A stretch of DNA of 64,000 nt from Candidatus Woesearchaeota archaeon. GTDB lineage: Archaea; Nanobdellota; Nanobdellia; Woesearchaeales; WAPY01. Below, piece after piece: positions 51,117 to 64,000 of the stretch (position 1 is the first letter of the stretch; every line of letters starts with the position of its first letter). Position numbers and translations under genes: made by a program. Below the pieces are notes generated by a model. The model made no database searches and had not been told where the DNA came from. It saw only the letters and a list, made by a program, of their open reading frames with translations. The stretch is taken from contig JBNAUL010000002.1 in the NCBI GenBank assembly GCA_049700835.1, positions 153,967 to 217,966 on the forward strand, given 5' to 3'.

Positions 51117-51865
51117 TTATTTTGTTGCCTTCACAAACCAGTCCCAAAGCTTTTCTTCCTTTGGAAATCTTTCATAATCGCCAATGTCTGACTTCCAAGA
51201 ATATTCTACCTTGCTTATACTAATGTTTTTAAAACCTGCTTTTCTGAAAAGATACTTAAGCTCGTGCAAGTAAAAAAACTTTTGCTTGTACTTTCCTTCC
51301 CTAAAATAACCAAACAAAAAATCCATTTTTTAAGCCCTAGCTTTTCTTTTACTCTTCTCTTTGCAGTGTTTTCCCTTGTTCTTTTAAGTTCTGAATTAAG
51401 CACCAAAAGACCATGATAGAGTAAAGATTCCATTGAAGGAACTATAATAAAGCAAACTCCGTCTTCTTTTAGAGAATTGTTTATGTTCTTGAGCGCTCTC
51501 TTTATTTCCTTGAATGATGGCATAAGTAAGGAATTAATTGAAAGAACAACATCAAACTTGTTGATGTGCTTCATCCTCACCATGTTTTCCTTTTTTACAA
51601 CAACATTTTTTAACTCAGAACATTTTTCTCGAGCCATCTTAACCATCTTTAAGGAAAAATCAGTCGCGTAAACCTTCTTGAATTTTTTAGAAAGAAATTC
51701 ACCTAAGACAAAATATCCGCAACCGAACTCTGCAATAACTTTTTTCTTTTTGTTTCTTATCTTCTTTATCTCACTGTAAAGGGGATTTTTCACCTTCTGT
51801 TGGAATGGTGAGATAACCTCATCATAATAGCTCTCTGCTATTTCATCCCACTCCCCACTCTTCAT
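51117..51865 (-). pseudogene. Class I SAM-dependent methyltransferase split by a -1 frameshift
   Basis: IAEFGCG, ATDFSLKMV, FDVVLSIN; A6 run at about 51326-51331 needs A7 to join KKMDFLFGYF...DWFVKATK. Confidence 0.8.
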
Positions 51866-51953
51866 GATTTTGAATAATGCAAAACTTTATTTAAAAGTTA
51901 TGATTTTTAGAAAAGAAATTTTGATTTTAAATTTTGCAATTTCCCAAAAAATC

Positions 51954-52967
51954 TCAAGAAAGAGCAACGATGAACAACGCTTGGGACCATCCCAGTGGAG
52001 TGTTCTCGTTGTGCTCGTTGGAATCGCCAAAATACAATTCTGGAAGTTCTGAATTTGCATTCATGACTTCTATTGTTTTTCTCATATAGTGAGCATATTT
52101 TTCAGGATTGTTAAAATTTCTGTAGATTATTGCAAGCCAAGGAAATCCCATTGTCCATTCTGCTTCCTTTCCCCTGAAATAGTATTTATCTCCTATGTAT
52201 CTTATAACACCTTTGTTTCTAACCAGATTTGATTCAACATTCTTTAGAATTGTTGCTGCCATCTTTTTGCTAACAACATTGTATGGATATATTAAGCTTA
52301 AAAGAGCCATATCAACTTCCTTTGTTTCTGATTCTCTTGGAAGAATTTTTTTAAGTGAAAGTTCTCCGTTCTTTATGAGATATTTTGGAACATAAACAAT
52401 CTTTGAAATCTTCTTTAGCCCAGCGACACAAGCACCAATTGAACTTGCATGCAGTTCTTCATGCTCTTCCCAAATCCCGTTGTCAGTATCCTTCCAGTAT
52501 TCTATGCTCGCAAGATAATAAACAAGTTTTTGCATTATTTGCCTATCTTTTTTGCTTCTCAAAATTCTTTTGCCTTTGAGTTCTAAATCACCTATCTTGA
52601 AGAGCAAAGCACCTATTGCATCGTTCTGCTTAAAGCCCCATTCTTGGTTTATTTCAGACATTTCAGGAGTGTATATTGGATGTATGTAATCCTGTTTTGT
52701 CTTTGGCTTTGAAATGATTGCCTTATCAATCTTCCACTCGTACTTTTTCAATATTTTAAGGATTGCCCTATAGGTTTTTACTGCTTCCTTCATATTTATC
52801 TTCTCCAAACCCAATGCCTGATAAATATTGTCCCTAAGCCATATCCTGTTATAACCTGTTTCCTTTGTAGGAGAAGCGCATCTGAGCCCGTTGCTGTACT
52901 TAAGGCTCTGCAATTTCTGATAGGAATTCATAATAAGCTTATTTTTCAAAACAACTGCTGCTTCCAT
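51954..52967 (-). CDS. GH15 glucoamylase-like / phosphorylase kinase alpha-beta-like protein
   Basis: IWLRDN, QNDAIG, DNGIWEE..ELHASSIG, LPELY, PLGWSQA. Confidence 0.85.
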   Translation of the reverse strand: MEAAVVLKNKLIMNSYQKLQSLKYSNGLRCASPTKETGYNRIWLRDNIYQALGLEKINMKEAVKTYRAILKILKKYEWKIDKAIISKPKTKQDYIHPIYTPEMSEINQEWGFKQNDAIGALLFKIGDLELKGKRILRSKKDRQIMQKLVYYLASIEYWKDTDNGIWEEHEELHASSIGACVAGLKKISKIVYVPKYLIKNGELSLKKILPRESETKEVDMALLSLIYPYNVVSKKMAATILKNVESNLVRNKGVIRYIGDKYYFRGKEAEWTMGFPWLAIIYRNFNNPEKYAHYMRKTIEVMNANSELPELYFGDSNEHNENTPLGWSQALFIVALS

Positions 52968-53009
52968 AACTACTTATTAGTAATTACTAATATATAAATC
53001 TTTCTATAT

Positions 53010-53993
53010 TTGTCACTACATAATAACAAAATCATTAAGAATGTTGTTTTTATTTGCGAAATGCTTAAAAATATGATGAACAAAACAAACAGCATGGCTT
53101 CGCTAATATTAAAGATTAACAAATCAGAACATAAAGAGTATAATGAAGTTATGAGTTATTTTAGGAGCGACATCGCTGAAAGGCGCTCAAAGGATTATTT
53201 GGAGAAAATCGAAAAAGAACTAAAATTCAAGGATTTAGTAACAGATTATAATTCATACTTAAAAAAAAGAACAGCGAACAAAGACAAATTTTTATTCAAG
53301 GGACTGCCAGAAAGAATTTCTTGCTTGGTAACAAATCAGGAAAAAGATATCCTGCTTTCTGTAACAGAAAACGCTGAGAAGAGGATTGAAGAAATCTTTG
53401 ATTATTATAAAAATGAAATTTTGCCTAATTTGCTTAATCCGCATAATCTGAGAGACGCCAAAAAAGTAAATTATGAGTATTTAGAACAAAAGATAAAACA
53501 AATCATAAGAACATTATCTTTTTTAAATAAGGAAAACTTTAATGCAAAAATATGCGTTGAAACAAAAAATGAGTTTAAACATTTAGAACAAAGAGAACAA
53601 ACATTCAATTTGATAATCAACATGAGATATCACCCGATAAGTTATGCTGTGGAAAATCTCCACGAAACCATCAAATCGATTTATCTGTGCTTGAAAGCAG
53701 ATTTGGAAGAGAGCATAAATAAAGGGAAGACAATCGAGGCGATAGTTAAGGAAAACGAGATTGGAGAGTTTGAAGCAGAGTTTTTAAGAATAAAAGAGCC
53801 AATAATAAGAAACTCTGATTTGCTAATAGATGAAGAAAATAAAAATGAGTGCAAAAAATTATTCTACAGAATTTATCTCTTTGATTATTCAAAAACAAGA
53901 AAAGATGAAAAGGAAAAAGAAATCGTTACAAAAAAAAGAAAACAAATAAAAGACAAAAAATCAAATAAAAGTATAGAAGAACAACTCTTTTGA
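53010..53993 (+). CDS. Hypothetical protein
   Basis: 327 aa ORF; true start probably downstream (e.g. ATG 53094). Confidence 0.65.
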   Translation: MSLHNNKIIKNVVFICEMLKNMMNKTNSMASLILKINKSEHKEYNEVMSYFRSDIAERRSKDYLEKIEKELKFKDLVTDYNSYLKKRTANKDKFLFKGLPERISCLVTNQEKDILLSVTENAEKRIEEIFDYYKNEILPNLLNPHNLRDAKKVNYEYLEQKIKQIIRTLSFLNKENFNAKICVETKNEFKHLEQREQTFNLIINMRYHPISYAVENLHETIKSIYLCLKADLEESINKGKTIEAIVKENEIGEFEAEFLRIKEPIIRNSDLLIDEENKNECKKLFYRIYLFDYSKTRKDEKEKEIVTKKRKQIKDKKSNKSIEEQLF

Positions 53994-54099
53994 CTAATTA
54001 TTCTATTTAAATTATATTGAATAAAATGCAGTTCTTTTTTTCCATTTAATAGCAGAATAAAAAAGAGAATAAAAAGAGAAAACCATACATAGGTAAAAC

Positions 54100-56997
<2,898 letters not shown>

Positions 56998-57120
56998 TTG
57001 TTTTACCTATGTATGGTCTCATTAACATCAACCTTAACCTCCATTATAATATTCTTATAATGAAGGCAAACTCTTTTCAAATTCATTTATGAAAAGGATT
57101 TAACCTTAAATAATTTTAAA

Positions 57121-57234
57121 TGGACCTGTCGGGAATTTCAATGATTTTAGCATTTAAAAAATGCTAAAAGCTTGTTTGAACCCGAGGCCCCCGCCTTGCA
57201 AGGGCGATGCTCTACCAGGCTGAGCTACAGGCCC
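57121..57234 (-). tRNA. tRNA-Ala(UGC) in the rRNA spacer with 40-nt T-loop 59/60 intron (57135-57174)
   Basis: G3-U70 acceptor; anticodon TGC; BHB central helix TTCA/TGAA with bulges AAC, ATT; splicing gives TTCAAAT. Confidence 0.93.
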
Positions 57235-57288
57235 ATAAACGAATATGAAATAGAAGTGAGTAAAAAGGTTTTAAAATTTTAAAAATAA

Positions 57289-58801
<1,513 letters not shown>

Positions 58802-59103
58802 TGTTGCCAGTTATAGCTGATTGCCAGCTTATACTGAACACGACTATTGGTCGCAAGGTATTAAAGCACCTTTTTACTCACTTCTTTCATGCCTAATCCT
58901 AATTTGGTTAGGCATACACAAGGATCTTATTTTAAGAAAAGGAGGAGAATTGCACGGAAAATGCTTATTCCGGCATTAAAAAGTGAGTTCGGAGGTTATA
59001 TTTAAATTTTTCGATTAAAAAGTATTGTTGCATCTACGGTGGTTTTGAAAAAATTAAAAATTCCGTTTCTTGACTTTAGAAATCGAAAATTGATTAGCAA
59101 AAA

Positions 59104-59367
59104 TTAGCCCAAAATCATCTTTTCAACTTCTTCTTTAGCTTTCTCTAAAATTTCTTTTGCTTCTTTCTGCAACTGCTCTGCTCTCTGCATCCTTCTCTTT
59201 ACTTCTTATGCAATTTTGTTTTGAACTTCTAAAAGTGGAAGAGGGATTTTAAGATTTAATAAAAAATCTCTGTTAATTGCTGGCATTATTGCTCCTGTTG
59301 TTTCACGATTTAGCAAAATTTGGTATAAAAGGCTTCTAAATAAGGCCCACAAATAGTAATTCAATTT
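59104..59367 (-). pseudogene. hsdS: C-terminal remnant of a type I restriction-modification specificity subunit
   Basis: TTGAIMPAIN..LLNLKIPLPLLEVQNKIA*EVKRRM...AKEILEKAKEEVEKMILG; premature TAA at 59206-59208; no start. Confidence 0.75.
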
Positions 59368-59462
59368 GCATCAATTCGTTTGCATCACATTGCATCTACA
59401 AATTGCATCTACAAATTGCGACGCATTAGCATTACATCGCATTAGCATTATTATGCATTAAT
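59365..59462. repeat. Short tandem/degenerate repeats
   Basis: ATTGCATCTACAA x2 (59389-59414), CGCATTAGCATTA x2 (59422-59434, 59438-59450), further TTGCATC copies. Confidence 0.55.
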
Positions 59463-59596
59463 TACATGTTGTTTTTTTTATTCCCTTAATCATAGCATTG
59501 CTTTTGCATCATTTTTGTCTTGCAGTTTTTATCTTGTCAATCTGATTTTGTCATTGCGTATCTTCATTTGCTTTTTTCATATCTTTTTTTCACATC

Positions 59597-61327
59597 TTAT
59601 TTTCTCTCTATTTTTGGATGCTCATGCTTCTCCTCAATTCTCTTGTTAAGCTCTTTTAATTGCTTTTCTTTCTCTGCCTTATACTGCTTTATGCTTGTCC
59701 TTGCTTTCTCGATCAATCTTGAAGTAAATTCTCCTCCTAAGAAATGAGGAAGAATCACGAAATCAGCGCCTTCGTTGTATAGGTTTAATGCTTCCTTTAT
59801 TTGCCTTGCAGTAAGTATTATAATTGCTCTCGGATTTGTTTTCTTGACTTCTTTTAAAATAGTAATGTTTGCTTCATAATCGGGTATTGTTGAGACAAAA
59901 ATTTTTGTGTTTTTAAAATTCAACTGTTGAAGAAAATCAACATCAGAAGCATCCCCATAAATGCAGGGATGCCCTTCTCTTATTAATTTCTCAACGATTT
60001 CAGGGTTAAAATCCACTATCAAGAATTTCTTCTTCAACTTCAAAAAAGCGTTGAGTATTGAAAAACCAATTCTATTGTAACCAAATAAAATAAAATCAAA
60101 GTATTCCTTTTTTAACTCCTCTTTTCTTGTTTTCTTGAATTCAAGTATTGAAAGGTACTTTCCAATTTTGGAATAAATCTTATCTGCATACAGTATCATG
60201 TAAGTGGAACCGGCAATTGTGATTATTCCAACTAATGTTACGAAGGAAAGAACATCCTTTGGCAGATGGCCAACCCGAACTCCTAAATTAATCAGTATCA
60301 AGGAAAACTCTGATATTTGGGCAACAGTCAGGCCTGCTAAAAAACCTGTTTTCTTTGTATAGCCCAAAATTCCCATGAGTACCATTACAATAAAAGGGTT
60401 TCCAATTAGTATGAACAGTGAAAATAAAATTGTTGGAATTATCATCCTTGAAATATTGGTAAAAATCATTTGGCTGCCAAGGATTAAGAAAAAGAATATT
60501 ATGAAGAAATCCCTCAACGGCTTTAATTTTGAACTTATCTCATAACTGTATGGAAATATTGAAAGCAAAACTCCTGAAATAAGGGCTCCTATTTCCAATG
60601 TCAGCCCGATATAATTAAACAAGAATGAAATTCCTAAACACCATGTTATTGCGAACAAAAACAAAAACTCTTGAGAATCTGCTAAGAATTCTCCAATCTT
60701 TTTTAATACAAAATAACTTATTGCCACAAGCACGAACCCAACAAAAAGCCCGCTTAAAAGTTTCCATAAGATTGGCAGCAAAATCATAAGATTAAAATTC
60801 TCAAAATTCAATTGCGAAATTGAAGAGATTAAGAGCAGAATAAGCATTGCAATTAAATCCTGAACAAGCAGAAAGCCGATAGAGATTTTTCCATAAAGTT
60901 TGTCAAGATCGTCTTTATCTGATAACAGTTTCATTATTATTATTGTTGAAGAGAATGTTAGTGCAACTGCGATGTATAGAGAGGTCAAAGAACTAAAGCC
61001 GAGCATTAATCCAATGAAATAACCAATTATTGAGGTAAAAATCACTTGCCCAATTCCTGTTATCAAGGAAATCTTTCCAACTTCTTTTATCACCTTTGGA
61101 GAGAGGTTTAATCCTACAATAAAAAGCAAGAATGAAATTCCAATGCTTGAAAGAGTGTTTAACAATGTTGTTTCTCTAAGAATGTTCAAAAATAGTGGTC
61201 CTGTTATTATCCCTGATAAAATATAGCCAATTATCAAAGGCTGTTTTAGCAGTTTTATTATTGTAGTAACTAAGAAAACAGTTAGGATTATGAGGCAAAG
61301 GCTTGCAAAAACAGCATTCATTGACAA
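59597..61327 (-). CDS. CPA2 cation:proton antiporter with TrkA-N (KTN) domain, Kef-type
   Basis: Many TM helices, FSSTIII, LLVQD, AQISEFS; GYNRIG and IYGDASD KTN motifs. Confidence 0.92.
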   Translation of the reverse strand: MSMNAVFASLCLIILTVFLVTTIIKLLKQPLIIGYILSGIITGPLFLNILRETTLLNTLSSIGISFLLFIVGLNLSPKVIKEVGKISLITGIGQVIFTSIIGYFIGLMLGFSSLTSLYIAVALTFSSTIIIMKLLSDKDDLDKLYGKISIGFLLVQDLIAMLILLLISSISQLNFENFNLMILLPILWKLLSGLFVGFVLVAISYFVLKKIGEFLADSQEFLFLFAITWCLGISFLFNYIGLTLEIGALISGVLLSIFPYSYEISSKLKPLRDFFIIFFFLILGSQMIFTNISRMIIPTILFSLFILIGNPFIVMVLMGILGYTKKTGFLAGLTVAQISEFSLILINLGVRVGHLPKDVLSFVTLVGIITIAGSTYMILYADKIYSKIGKYLSILEFKKTRKEELKKEYFDFILFGYNRIGFSILNAFLKLKKKFLIVDFNPEIVEKLIREGHPCIYGDASDVDFLQQLNFKNTKIFVSTIPDYEANITILKEVKKTNPRAIIILTARQIKEALNLYNEGADFVILPHFLGGEFTSRLIEKARTSIKQYKAEKEKQLKELNKRIEEKHEHPKIERK

Positions 61328-61446
61328 TCACCGCTTTTTAAGTTTTAAGCAATCAAAAAATATTCTTCTTTCTATTTAAAAGTTTTGTTTTAAAAAAACA
61401 GAAAATAACAAAAGATTTTTTAATCAGAAAGAATTCTTCTTTTAAA

Positions 61447-63228
61447 ATGATTTCGGAGATTATTGCCAATTGGCTTGGAAAATTTTTAAGAGAAAAATAC
61501 AATAGGAAAATAAGCTCTGATGTTTTGAACAAGATGATCTCAAAACCGCAGAAGAGGTTCGGAGATTTTTGCATCAATAGTTTCTTAATCGCAAGGGAGC
61601 TTAATGAAAGCAACGAGATTGTAGGAAAGAGTATTGTTTTTGAACTGCAAAAGGAAAATCCTGGCTGGCTTGAAAGGGCAGAATTTCTTAATGGATACAT
61701 CAACATCTTCCTTAACAAATCATACTTTGGAAAGAGTATAATCTTAGGAATATTAAAAGAAAAAGAAGAAAAAGAAAAAAAAACGAAAGGAGGAGAAAAC
61801 AAGAAAAGAAAAAAGAGAATTATCATAGAACACACATCTATAAATCCTTCTGGTCCTGTAAATGTTGGGAGGATAAGAAATTCTTTCATCGGGGACACTC
61901 TAGTTAGGGTCTATAAGGAACTTGGTTTTAAAGTCAGGGCGCATTACTATGTAAACGATGTTGGAAAACAAGTTGCAATAATTGCGTGGGCTAAAAAAAA
62001 CAATATTGAGGAGGATGAAAGTTTAAAAGAAAAATTCAAGGACTATGCTGACAGGCCTGATTTTAAAACAATGTTCATATATGTTCCTGCGTATAAAATA
62101 ATTTCAACAAACCAAGAGCATGCCAAAGAAGTTGAAGAACTTATAAAACTCTGCGAGTTAGGAGAAAAGAAAAATCTAAGCCTAATGAGAGAAACAGCAG
62201 AATATTGCCTTGAAGGACAGAAAAAAACCCTTGAGAGATTCAACATAAGGTTTGACAGTTTTGATTTTGAGAGCGCTTTATTGGAGAACAATAAAACCCA
62301 AGAATTCATTGAGAAATTAAAAAAATTGAAGGAATACAAAGTTGTGAATGGAAACCATGTTCTTGATTTTGAAAAGTATGGATTTAAGAGCAGATTCGGC
62401 GGGATTGTTTTTCAGAGAGCAAATGGGACTTCTGTTTATCTGAGCAGGGATGTTGCATACCATGCTTGGAAAAAAACCCTTGCTGACAAGATGATAAATG
62501 TTTTGGGAGAGGATCATAAAGTTGAATTCAAGGTTCTAAAGCAGGTTCTTAAACTGCTAAGGATAATAAAGAGGGAGAGCGAGTTTGAGGTTGTGCATTT
62601 TTCATTCGTTGGATTGAAAGAAGGAAAACTTTCAACAAGGGTTGGTAGGATAATTCCAGCAGACCATGTGCTTGATGAAGGAAAGAGAAAAGTTATCTCA
62701 ATTATGGGTGAAAAAATTCAAAGCGCTGAAAGAGAAGAAACAGCAGAAAAAATCGCGTCTTCAGCGATAAGATATTTTGAGTTAAGGATTAATCCTGAAA
62801 AGCAGATAGTTTTTGATTGGGATTCTGCATTGAGTTTTGAAGGGCAGACAGGCCCATACCTACAGTATGCCCTTGTTAGAGCCAAGAAAATAATATTAAA
62901 ATCAGGTTTGAACGAAGATGAGATAAGAAGGATTGCAAGAAAGGTTGATTACAGTAGGTTAAACACTGATGAGGAAAAAGACCTCATAATAAAGATGGAC
63001 GAGTTCAAAGAAGTTCTTGAACAAACAGCGCTAAAAAATTCTCCTCACATTCTGGCAAATTACGCTTATGAACTTGCAACATCATTCACAAACTTTTACG
63101 AAAAGGTAAGGGTTATCGGAGAGGAAGAAGATTTAAGAAACGCAAGAGTTATTCTTGTTCTTGCTTTCGCAATCCTTTTCAAAAAAGTTATTAGCATATT
63201 AGGACTTCAGGAAGTTGAAGAAATGTAA
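61447..63228 (+). CDS. argS: Arginyl-tRNA synthetase
   Basis: EHTSINPSGPVNVGRIRN, GTSVYLSRDVAYH, KLSTR, FEGQTGPYLQYA, C-terminal EEM. Confidence 0.94.
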   Translation: MISEIIANWLGKFLREKYNRKISSDVLNKMISKPQKRFGDFCINSFLIARELNESNEIVGKSIVFELQKENPGWLERAEFLNGYINIFLNKSYFGKSIILGILKEKEEKEKKTKGGENKKRKKRIIIEHTSINPSGPVNVGRIRNSFIGDTLVRVYKELGFKVRAHYYVNDVGKQVAIIAWAKKNNIEEDESLKEKFKDYADRPDFKTMFIYVPAYKIISTNQEHAKEVEELIKLCELGEKKNLSLMRETAEYCLEGQKKTLERFNIRFDSFDFESALLENNKTQEFIEKLKKLKEYKVVNGNHVLDFEKYGFKSRFGGIVFQRANGTSVYLSRDVAYHAWKKTLADKMINVLGEDHKVEFKVLKQVLKLLRIIKRESEFEVVHFSFVGLKEGKLSTRVGRIIPADHVLDEGKRKVISIMGEKIQSAEREETAEKIASSAIRYFELRINPEKQIVFDWDSALSFEGQTGPYLQYALVRAKKIILKSGLNEDEIRRIARKVDYSRLNTDEEKDLIIKMDEFKEVLEQTALKNSPHILANYAYELATSFTNFYEKVRVIGEEEDLRNARVILVLAFAILFKKVISILGLQEVEEM

Positions 63229-63325
63229 ATGAATGCAAATAATTTAAATTAATTAAAAAGCATTGGAGCAAAAAATAAAAATAAAAAATTTTACAAAAAT
63301 TTTGTTCTGCAGAATATTCTTTTCA

Positions 63326-64000
63326 TCATTTCCAAAAAACAAGCACATCGTCAGTCCTCTCGTAAGGGTTGAAGTTTGGTTTTTCAATCTCTTGCTCTGA
63401 TTTTATTGCAGAAAACCTATTTTTATCAGAAAGATACATTTTATAGCCGAGCCAAGCAATCATCGCTCCATTGTCAACAAGCAACTGATTTTCAGGAATG
63501 AAAACCTTTATTCTGTTTTCAGAACCCATCTTCAAGCACATCTCCTGCAATCTCTTGTTGCAGCAAACTCCTCCTCCAAGCAAGAGTTCTTTTTTGTTGC
63601 AGTGGAACAAAGCCCTCTCTGTAACTTCTAAGAGCATTGCAAATACCGTTTCCTGCACAGAATAGCATAAATCCTCAATGCTGTAATCAACACTTCCTGA
63701 TTTTATGAGTTTTATTTTTTCCTTGCAATTTGTTAGTATTCCACCAAAAGAAACATCCATGCCTTTTACAACATATGGCAGCTCAACATACTTCTTTCCA
63801 TTTAGTGCCAATTCATATATCTTAGGCCCTCCTGGGAAACCAATTCCAAGTTCTCTTGCAAATGTATCCAAAAAATTTCCAATTCCAATATCAATTGTCT
63901 CTCCAAAAACCCTGTATTTTCCTGATTCGTAAGCAATGACCTGAGTGTTTGCTCCTGAAGCATAGAGCAGTATAGGATCTTTTACATTTCCCAACAGAGA
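63326..64000 (-). CDS. kae1: tRNA t6A biosynthesis protein Kae1/TsaD, 3' part (5' end outside window)
   Basis: [46 protein letters not shown]. Confidence 0.94.
   Translation of the reverse strand, partial: SLLGNVKDPILLYASGANTQVIAYESGKYRVFGETIDIGIGNFLDTFARELGIGFPGGPKIYELALNGKKYVELPYVVKGMDVSFGGILTNCKEKIKLIKSGSVDYSIEDLCYSVQETVFAMLLEVTERALFHCNKKELLLGGGVCCNKRLQEMCLKMGSENRIKVFIPENQLLVDNGAMIAWLGYKMYLSDKNRFSAIKSEQEIEKPNFNPYERTDDVLVFWK

Noticed and set aside
53994..54099. 5S rRNA downstream of 23S
   Set aside because: No 5S-like sequence; only the processing-stem arm and U-rich tracts.

Overview
AT-rich chromosomal segment of a DPANN archaeon, probably Woesearchaeales/Nanoarchaeota. This is inferred from the fused PriS-PriL primase, the split RpoB/RpoA operon and divergent archaeal 16S/23S signatures. 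Most of the window is housekeeping: map, rps15-RecJ-like, primase, scpB, gyrA, proS, the rpoH-B''-B'-A'-A'' operon, nop10, eIF2a, rps27e, lhr, lig, nusA, rpl30e, a 16S-tRNA-Ala-23S operon on the minus strand, argS and kae1. Four things stand out. (1) A complete, intact bacterial-type long RelA/SpoT homologue (HD-SYNTH-TGS-ZFD-ACT), a candidate archaeal stringent-response enzyme. (2) Many bulge-helix-bulge (BHB) mini-introns: 5 of 6 tRNAs are interrupted, with three T-loop 59/60 introns and one D-loop intron, plus a 44-nt BHB intron in 16S rRNA helix 11. (3) A fossil CRISPR-Cas locus the ORF track does not reveal: a decayed 5' half of cas6 joined to one repeat-spacer-degenerate repeat. (4) An accessory block at about 46.5-52 kb with a frameshifted HD-GYP gene, an extended purine PRTase and several broken genes. 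There are also candidate structured RNAs (rps15 leader, hairpin upstream of tRNA-Asp), unusual rRNA variants and other pseudogenes. All calls come from reading motifs by eye; no database searches were run.
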